Origin: Bacteroidales bacterium
GTDB taxonomy: Bacteria > Bacteroidota > Bacteroidia > Bacteroidales > VadinHA17
Length of the DNA: 64,000 nt
Assembly: GCA_030692905.1 (NCBI GenBank)
Contig: JAUYBT010000085.1
Coordinates: forward strand, 100-64,099
Reading direction: 5' to 3'
Of the stretch, positions 57,720 through 64,000 are shown piece by piece; position 1 is the stretch's first letter, and every line of letters begins with the position of its first letter. The notes under the pieces were generated by a model. That model searched no databases. It was given only the letters and a program-made list of their open reading frames with translations, and was not told the origin of the DNA. The translations under genes were made by a program, and so were the position numbers.

Positions 57720-59279
57720 GTGGTAAACAAGGATTTAATCATTGATGTTGGTGATTCCGAGGTTTCTTTAGCGTTGTTGGAAGACAAGCAGTTAATTGAG
57801 TTAAACAAGGAAAAGCGAAATATTAAGTTTTCAGTCGGGGATATTTACCTGGGTAAGGTAAAGAAAATCATACCCGGACTGAATGCTGCATTTATTAATG
57901 TGGGGTATGAACGCGATGCGTTCCTTCATTATCTTGATCTGGGTGCCCAGTTCAGAACACAGCATAAATACTATATCACAGCTATTCAGAAACAGGGTAA
58001 GGTACCTCCTGTCCATAAAAACAAGCCTGAACCCGATATTGATAAAGATGGCAAGATAACAGATGTCTTGACTATCGGGCAGACTGTCATTGTTCAGATA
58101 ACAAAGGAACCTATTTCTACAAAAGGTCCACGACTTGCCTCCGAAATATCACTTGCCGGAAGGAACCTTGTGCTGATGCCATACTCTGATAAGGTTTCCA
58201 TCTCTTCAAAAATTGAGAGCGTTGAGGAAAAAAATCGTCTCAAAACTCTTGTCCAGAGCATAAAGCCCCGTAACTATGGTGTTATTGTGAGGACTGTAGC
58301 TGAAGGTAAAAAAGTTGCAACACTCGATGCGGAACTCAGGGAACTTGTCCAAAAATGGGAAGCAGCTTTTACTATAATTAAGAAGGAGGTAAAAGCACCA
58401 AGATTGTTCATCGGGGAGATGAACAGGACTTCTACAATCCTCAGGGATATGCTTAATGTTACTTTTAACAGTATACATATCAACGATCCCGCGCTAGCTG
58501 ACGATATACGATTGTATATCAGAGAAATCGCACCTGAGAAGGAAAAAATAGTCAAATTTTACAAAAGCACACTTCCCATATTTGACCATTTCGGTATCAA
58601 TAAGCAGATAAAAGCCCTCTTCGGAAAGACTGTATCTTTCAAGCATAGCGCATATCTTATTATTGAACATACTGAAGCGCTTCATGTTATTGATGTCAAC
58701 AGCGGAAACAGATCAAGGTCGGGTAATGACCAGGAATCAAATGCTCTTGAGGTTAACATGGAAGCTGCTACTGAAATAGCCAGACAATTGAGGCTCAGAG
58801 ATATGGGTGGGATTATTGTTGTCGACTTTATCGATATGCAATCTGCAGAAAACAAACAACAACTTTACGATAAAATGAAGGATATGATGGCAAACGACAG
58901 GACCAAGCATAATATCCTTCCTCTTACAAAATTTGGTCTGATGCAGATCACCCGGCAAAGAGTCAGACCTGAAATGAACATAGTAACCGACGAAAAATGC
59001 CCGTCATGCCAGGGAACCGGCGAAACAAAACCAACGATACTATTTACTGATGAGCTCGAAAGTGGACTCTCTTTTATTGTAGATAAGATTAAAACGCGGA
59101 AACTTATTCTTAATGTTCATCCATTTGTGGCATCTTATCTTAAAAAAGGTTTCTTCCCTGTTTTCCGCAAATGGAACTTTAAATATAAAATCAACCTTAA
59201 GATTCAGGCAGTCACGGCATATCATATGCTCGAATATCATTTTTACGACCGCTATGATAATGAAATAGACTTGGAGTAA
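57720..59279 (+). CDS. ribonuclease E/G family protein
   Basis: S1 domain (GDIYLGKVKKIIPGLNAAFINVG), RNase E/G catalytic blocks (HVIDVNSG, GGIIVVDFIDM) and a zinc-link-like CPSCQGTG. GTG start. Confidence 0.85.
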   Translation: MVNKDLIIDVGDSEVSLALLEDKQLIELNKEKRNIKFSVGDIYLGKVKKIIPGLNAAFINVGYERDAFLHYLDLGAQFRTQHKYYITAIQKQGKVPPVHKNKPEPDIDKDGKITDVLTIGQTVIVQITKEPISTKGPRLASEISLAGRNLVLMPYSDKVSISSKIESVEEKNRLKTLVQSIKPRNYGVIVRTVAEGKKVATLDAELRELVQKWEAAFTIIKKEVKAPRLFIGEMNRTSTILRDMLNVTFNSIHINDPALADDIRLYIREIAPEKEKIVKFYKSTLPIFDHFGINKQIKALFGKTVSFKHSAYLIIEHTEALHVIDVNSGNRSRSGNDQESNALEVNMEAATEIARQLRLRDMGGIIVVDFIDMQSAENKQQLYDKMKDMMANDRTKHNILPLTKFGLMQITRQRVRPEMNIVTDEKCPSCQGTGETKPTILFTDELESGLSFIVDKIKTRKLILNVHPFVASYLKKGFFPVFRKWNFKYKINLKIQAVTAYHMLEYHFYDRYDNEIDLE

Positions 59280-59340
59280 GTCCTTTTCTCGACATAGTAC
59301 TATCCGTCACAAGTATCAATCATATTTTCAAGTGATTTAT

Positions 59341-59348
59341 TACTTTTG
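59341..59348 (+). promoter_or_regulatory. Bacteroidota -7 promoter box (TACTTTTG)
   Basis: Exact TAnnTTTG match 23 nt upstream of the ATG at 59371. Confidence 0.4.
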
Positions 59349-59370
59349 CACTAAATATTAAACCAGCATC

Positions 59371-61335
59371 ATGTTAAGAAAACTTACTCTTTTTGTATCT
59401 CTGTTTCTTGTTGCAGTTAACGCATCATCTCAGATTTATGACCCTGTTTCATGGGATTTTAGTTTTGAGAAGAAAGGAGAAAAGCAGTATGAGCTGATAT
59501 TTACTGCATCTATTGATGAGAATTCCCATATCTATTCTATGGATATCCCTGACGGAGGGCCGATCCCTACATCTTTCAGATTCGATACAGTGTCCGTTTT
59601 TAAACTAATTGGAAAAGCATATGAAGTTACAAAACCGGTTGAATTACTTGATGAGGCTTTTGGTTTTAGGATCAAGACATTTAGTACTAAAGCTGAGTTT
59701 CGTCAGAAAATAACTGCTGTTGGAGCATCCTTTACAGTAACTGGTGCTGTAAATTTTATGGCATGTAACAATGCAACATGTTCTCCTCCAAAAGATGTTG
59801 AATTTGCTATTAAGATTGCAGATCAGCTTGCCGGCCAGGTAATTACAGCTGACAATAACCCCGGATCTGAATCCGATCCATCCAGATCAAACAGAGGGTT
59901 GCTGAAATTCTTTCTTATTTCTTTGCTTGCCGGATTTGCCGGGGTTCTTACTCCCTGTGTCTTCCCGATGATCCCAATGACTGTCGCTTTTTTCTCGCAG
60001 GGATCAGTAAACAGGGGCAAAGCTGTTTTTAAAGCGTTGATTTTTGGAATTTCCATCGTTCTTATCTATTCATCACTGGGGATTATAGTCTCACTGACTA
60101 GTGCAGGGGCAGGATTTGCAAACGCTTTGAGTACTCACTGGATACCCAATACATTATTCTTTGCATTATTTATAATATTTGCCACATCATTTTTTGGAGC
60201 ATTTGAGATTATACTTCCGAATAAATGGGTTACAGGAGCCGACTCAAAGGTTGATAAAGGAGGTATGCTGGCTGCATTTTTCATGGGATTAACAACAGTG
60301 ATTGTCTCATTTTCATGTACAGGCCCTATTATTGGCGCTCTTCTGGTAGAAGCTGCAAGCGGCGATGTATTGAGACCTACAATCGGTATGGTTGGTTTTG
60401 GAGTTGCTTTTGCACTCCCATTTACAGTTTTTGCGCTCTTCCCGTCCATTATGAGCCGGATACCAAAATCGGGCGGTTGGCTAAACTCGATAAAAGTGGT
60501 TCTTGGGTTTATTCTGCTTGCCTTCAGTATGAAATTCCTGATGACTATTGACAGCGTTTATTCACTTGGAATATTATCAAGGGATCTATTTATTGCTGTA
60601 TGGATTGTTCTTTTTTCCCTCCTGGGCTTTTATCTTATGGGAAAGATCAAATTTTCTCACGATAGTGATCTTCCGTATATTGGCACTTTCAGATTATTCC
60701 TGATAATCACTGTATTTTCTTTTGTTGTTTACCTGATCCCGGGTCTTTTCGGAGCTCCATTAAAAGGATTGGCATCTTTTTTACCGTCTCCCACGACTTC
60801 CGAGCTTAATCTTCCAAATCCCTCAATTCAACCGGTTAACACAAGTGTACTTTGTTCAGAGCCCAGGAACAGCGATATTTTTGATATGCCCTTAGGCCTT
60901 AAAGGCTATTTTGATTATAAACAGGGTCTTGCCTGCGCAAAAGAACAGGGGAAACCTATATTGATAGACTTTAAGGGACATGCGTGTGCCAACTGTAAAC
61001 TTATGGAAGCTAAGGTATGGTCCGATCCGGAGGTACTCAAAAGACTCAGGGATAACTTTGTAATAATAGCACTGTATGTTGACGATAGGACTCAATTGCC
61101 TGAAAATGAGTGGATAGTCTCTACCATTGATGGAAAGCAGAAGAAGACGATCGGAAAAATAAATGAAGATCTGGAGATATCGAAATTTAAAACCAATGCA
61201 TTACCACTTTATGTTATAACTGATTATGAGGGTAATCCATTGAATAAACCGATGCCCACCAACCTGAATGTTGCAGAGTATAAAAAGTGGCTCGACGAAG
61301 GGGTGGAGCAATTTAACTCAGCCAAATCCCACTAA
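59371..61335 (+). CDS. protein-disulfide reductase DsbD family (DsbD-alpha-like N-domain, CcdA-like membrane core, thioredoxin-like C-domain)
   Basis: Signal peptide, membrane core with LTPCVFPMIP and SCTGP motifs, and a C-terminal thioredoxin-like CANC motif. Confidence 0.8.
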   Translation: MLRKLTLFVSLFLVAVNASSQIYDPVSWDFSFEKKGEKQYELIFTASIDENSHIYSMDIPDGGPIPTSFRFDTVSVFKLIGKAYEVTKPVELLDEAFGFRIKTFSTKAEFRQKITAVGASFTVTGAVNFMACNNATCSPPKDVEFAIKIADQLAGQVITADNNPGSESDPSRSNRGLLKFFLISLLAGFAGVLTPCVFPMIPMTVAFFSQGSVNRGKAVFKALIFGISIVLIYSSLGIIVSLTSAGAGFANALSTHWIPNTLFFALFIIFATSFFGAFEIILPNKWVTGADSKVDKGGMLAAFFMGLTTVIVSFSCTGPIIGALLVEAASGDVLRPTIGMVGFGVAFALPFTVFALFPSIMSRIPKSGGWLNSIKVVLGFILLAFSMKFLMTIDSVYSLGILSRDLFIAVWIVLFSLLGFYLMGKIKFSHDSDLPYIGTFRLFLIITVFSFVVYLIPGLFGAPLKGLASFLPSPTTSELNLPNPSIQPVNTSVLCSEPRNSDIFDMPLGLKGYFDYKQGLACAKEQGKPILIDFKGHACANCKLMEAKVWSDPEVLKRLRDNFVIIALYVDDRTQLPENEWIVSTIDGKQKKTIGKINEDLEISKFKTNALPLYVITDYEGNPLNKPMPTNLNVAEYKKWLDEGVEQFNSAKSH

Positions 61336-61366
61336 TAACCCAATATCCCTCTCTCTGAATCCACAC

Positions 61367-61480
61367 GAACTCACCCCCCATCCCCCTCTCTGCTCTGCAA
61401 AGAGGGGGAGTAAGGCACTCTAATATAGCCAGTTCCCCCTCTTTACGAAGTAGAGAGGGGGAAAAAAAGGGGGTGAGTTC
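61367..61480. repeat. nested-hairpin palindromic intergenic element (second copy of the architecture)
   Basis: The outer 12-bp perfect IR GAACTCACCCCC / GGGGGTGAGTTC encloses two hairpins. Both use the stem CCCCCTCT/AGAGGGGG (61382-61408 and 61435-61461). Confidence 0.8.
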
Positions 61481-61491
61481 ATGAAGTACAA

Positions 61492-62133
61492 TCAGAATTT
61501 TCCGAATTTAAATGTTGCAGTATAGCTCATGCCTCTGATAGACTGAGAGTTGGCTGTCGGAGTGCCTGACAAACCTACATCAAATGCTGTTGGAAAACGG
61601 TAAGAAGCCCCTATAGCAAAACGGAAGAACCGGGTCAGGTTCAGTTCAAGTTCTGCAGCAGGCTCAATAATAAGGAATGCTTCAGAATCTTCAATAAAGT
61701 TATTGTTCATGTTCCCCTCTTTCGAGACATAGGATATCCCACCTGCCCCGAAAAGTACAGGAAAGGAAAGGTGAACAGGAAACCTGGGAAGTAATACAGG
61801 TTCAATGTAAAGGCCTCCGTATCCTCCTGCGAGAAACACCTCCCTGTCAAGTAAGGTTTCATAATGGAATTCGTTCATGAATCCTGTTGCTCCGAATCCA
61901 ACACCGATGAAATGGCTGGCCAGCCATCCGAATCTTCCCCCGAATAAAACAGTATGTTTATTATCTATAACCGAATAACCTGCTGTAAACGCACCATACA
62001 CGCCACCTGCTCTGTCACGACCCAGTAATGTTTTGATCTCCTTATTTTTATAATATTGAAACTCAGGATCCTGTGAGAATGCTGCTGAACAGATCAGGAT
62101 AAATAATGCTGATAAAATGACTTGTTTTTGCAT
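61492..62133 (-). CDS. putative small outer-membrane beta-barrel protein
   Basis: Signal peptide MQKQVILSALFILICSAAFSQ, Gly/aromatic-rich alternating strands and a C-terminal ...FKFGKF. An alternative start lies at 62154. Confidence 0.4.
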   Translation of the reverse strand: MQKQVILSALFILICSAAFSQDPEFQYYKNKEIKTLLGRDRAGGVYGAFTAGYSVIDNKHTVLFGGRFGWLASHFIGVGFGATGFMNEFHYETLLDREVFLAGGYGGLYIEPVLLPRFPVHLSFPVLFGAGGISYVSKEGNMNNNFIEDSEAFLIIEPAAELELNLTRFFRFAIGASYRFPTAFDVGLSGTPTANSQSIRGMSYTATFKFGKF

Positions 62134-62157
62134 CTTGGTATTTTTTAAAATCAATAA

Positions 62158-62673
62158 TTAGAAAACATACGAAACTGAGATACCAATATCTGCCGGCATA
62201 ACCTTAACAAATGATGGTATTGTTAATTCGACATATGGTTTAATATTAAGGCTAATATTCAGCGGAATATCACGGAACCTGTATTCAGCAGCTAACCATC
62301 CGTCTGCACCGAATACCGGGCAGAAACGTTCTCCCAGAAAACTGTATCTTTCTCCAAGGAATCCAAGGTGATCAGCATATATGAAGCCAACATGACCTCC
62401 ATACCCCCAGGCAAAGAAAAGATCAGGTGATATTTCACTTAATGATGTTTCATAGATGATCCTCAGGCCGGTAAGTTGTATCCCGTTATTATTAAAACTG
62501 AGCATCGCATTATATCCAATCTCTGCATTACCTGACTCATTCGTGATCTGATAGAAAATACCACCCCTGAAGCCAGTCCGGAGTCCGGCCTGTTTCGTTG
62601 CGATCTGTCCCGAAAGAAATGCAGGGGAAATAACGAGAGCTCCGATAAACAGTATGATATACTTACTTTTCAT
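62158..62673 (-). CDS. putative small outer-membrane beta-barrel protein
   Basis: Signal peptide MKSKYIILFIGALVISPAFLSGQ, alternating beta-strand pattern and a C-terminal ...SVSYVF. An alternative start lies at 62715. Confidence 0.4.
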   Translation of the reverse strand: MKSKYIILFIGALVISPAFLSGQIATKQAGLRTGFRGGIFYQITNESGNAEIGYNAMLSFNNNGIQLTGLRIIYETSLSEISPDLFFAWGYGGHVGFIYADHLGFLGERYSFLGERFCPVFGADGWLAAEYRFRDIPLNISLNIKPYVELTIPSFVKVMPADIGISVSYVF

Positions 62674-62748
62674 CTTAAATTGAATATTAGTTGATATTTT
62701 TTTTGATAAAGACATGAGAATAATATCAAAGTTGCATCGGGATGAAAA

Positions 62749-63834
62749 TTACTTAAGATAAATATTGCCACGTGTGGCATCTATTTTTACTTTAGTTGTT
62801 CCCGGATTTCTGCCAACGGTTCCATAAGTCATAAACTCCTTTTTTTCTTCATTCAGGGCTTTCTGTTCAGTATTAATATTCTTATCAGGCAAAACCAGAA
62901 AGGCATTTATATGTCTGATATCCAAATTGTATGATGAACCCGGATCAAAGCCAAGCGAAATATCAGAATAGCCTGAATTTATATTTATTGCTTCAAATCC
63001 CTTTTCAATAAGGTCGGCATTCACACTTCCGTATCTGGTTGTTAGGTTAAGCTCTTTTTTAAGATTGTTCACTTTATAATCGGTGAAATATGAATTGCCC
63101 TGCAACGTTTCAATATTATCGATGAAAAATTTATCCCTGCGTGATTCAGAGCGGATAATTCCGGCTTTTTTTATTTCATACCTTGATGAGATTGAGTTTA
63201 TTGATATATCTCCCGTCTCACCGATCGAAATTTCGGAAAAAGAGGCATCAATGTTCCCGGAAGTCATTGAATTGATTGTTGCATCGCAGAATGCCATGGT
63301 TAAAGATGATCCTTTACCAAGGGAGTTAGCTTTAAAAGACCCGTTGGATACTGAAATTGAAAAAGTCCCGGTATTGTCTTCCATATACACATCCCCGTAT
63401 TTATTTTCAATCTTAAGATCCAGATATTCAGGTATACTAATGTAATAATTGATCTCCACACGCGAATCGTAAGATATCAGTTTGCTCGTTATCCCTTTAA
63501 AGCTTTCGAATAATATATTAATATTCTGGGTGAAGTCGGTTTTAGCTCTTACCAGGTATGGTGTCTCTGTGATGTTAACTGAAATTCCATCAAACATCTT
63601 CTTAAGCTTTGCCTGGTCCGGAGCAAATGCTTTCACCTCGGCCCTTATATAAGCTGAATCTTTGTTCCAGGGAGTTATCTGGATGGTTCCGTATTTATTG
63701 AAAACCTCAAGAGAAGTTTCTTTTCCTACAGGGACTGTCTTTATATAACTCCGCATTTCTGAAACACTCTGTGCCAACAATGAGTTGAATATGAGTAATA
63801 TCAAATTAATAGTTATGATAATTTTATAGTTCAT
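62749..63834 (-). CDS. DUF4097-like beta-strand repeat protein (putative adhesin/envelope-stress associated)
   Basis: Signal peptide and repeated (G/S)x(I/V)xxxxxxG(D/N)(I/V) beta-helix-like units (YGDVYMED, SVSNGSFKA, ATRGNIYLK). An alternative start lies at 63864. Confidence 0.5.
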   Translation of the reverse strand: MNYKIIITINLILLIFNSLLAQSVSEMRSYIKTVPVGKETSLEVFNKYGTIQITPWNKDSAYIRAEVKAFAPDQAKLKKMFDGISVNITETPYLVRAKTDFTQNINILFESFKGITSKLISYDSRVEINYYISIPEYLDLKIENKYGDVYMEDNTGTFSISVSNGSFKANSLGKGSSLTMAFCDATINSMTSGNIDASFSEISIGETGDISINSISSRYEIKKAGIIRSESRRDKFFIDNIETLQGNSYFTDYKVNNLKKELNLTTRYGSVNADLIEKGFEAININSGYSDISLGFDPGSSYNLDIRHINAFLVLPDKNINTEQKALNEEKKEFMTYGTVGRNPGTTKVKIDATRGNIYLK

Positions 63835-64000
63835 AGCTTTTGTTTTTTTCAGGATTATTTTCATTTTCCTTCAATATAATCAGCATATCCTCAAGAAGAC
63901 GGATCTTTATCCTGTAATTCTGGATCAATGCTTCGACAACCTCCTGGTTAGCAACATTATCTTTCAGATCCTTTTTAATTTCTGAACAGATACTATCGAG
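63824..64000 (-). CDS. hypothetical protein, 3' part only (gene begins beyond the window end)
   Basis: The minus-strand frame is open from 64000 to the TAA at 63824-63826: ...EIKKDLKDNVANQEVVEALIQNYRIKIRLLEDMLIILKENENNPEKNKSYEL. It overlaps the next gene start by about 11 nt. Confidence 0.3.
   Translation of the reverse strand, partial: LDSICSEIKKDLKDNVANQEVVEALIQNYRIKIRLLEDMLIILKENENNPEKNKSYEL

Overview
AT-rich chromosomal segment from a Bacteroidota genome. The phylum call rests on type A and type B T9SS C-terminal sorting domains, ssb-gldE-gldD synteny, and TAnnTTTG -7 promoter boxes in front of many genes. The core (19.7-37.5 kb) is a complete str-S10-spc-alpha ribosomal supercluster running rpsL-rpsG-fusA-rpsJ through rpoA-rplQ. 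It includes rpmD and rpmJ, which are too short to appear in the ORF track, and is followed by eno. The left flank holds a TPP-riboswitch-controlled thiamine uptake and salvage operon (TonB-dependent receptor, PnuT-like transporter, thiamine pyrophosphokinase). It also holds a UvrD-like helicase, rhaM, a T9SS type B cargo protein, a D-amino-acid PLP enzyme with RidA, a TetR plus TolC/MFP/RND efflux operon with a small P-II-like partner, and an EF-G paralog divergent from the str operon. The right flank holds a UbiD-family decarboxylase, a hybrid sensor kinase-like protein, hisS, hutH, an ECF sigma operon, ychF, an M14 peptidase with a T9SS tail and an AlkP-family enzyme. Beyond these come a PPTase, gldD-gldE-ssb, HU with a tiny ultra-basic ORF, RNase E/G, DsbD and an envelope operon (DUF4097-like protein plus two small beta-barrels). 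I saw no transposase or integrase, no CRISPR array, and no tRNA or rRNA. The most notable unexplained feature is a self-contained, ORF-less, GC-enriched unit of about 0.5 kb at 39036-39545. It has its own promoter and terminator and is dense in UUCG/GNRA-capped hairpins, so it is a candidate large structured ncRNA; I could not match it to RNase P, tmRNA, SRP, cobalamin riboswitch or group II intron signatures. Secondary observations are an EF-G paralog lacking the catalytic His and the NKxD Lys, two nested-hairpin palindromic elements of shared architecture, and GC-rich perfect palindromes bracketing the ECF sigma gene. Others are a degenerate heptanucleotide repeat inside pnuT, an unusual 13-bp inverted repeat in the rplF-rplR spacer, and a 29-codon bS22-like ORF.
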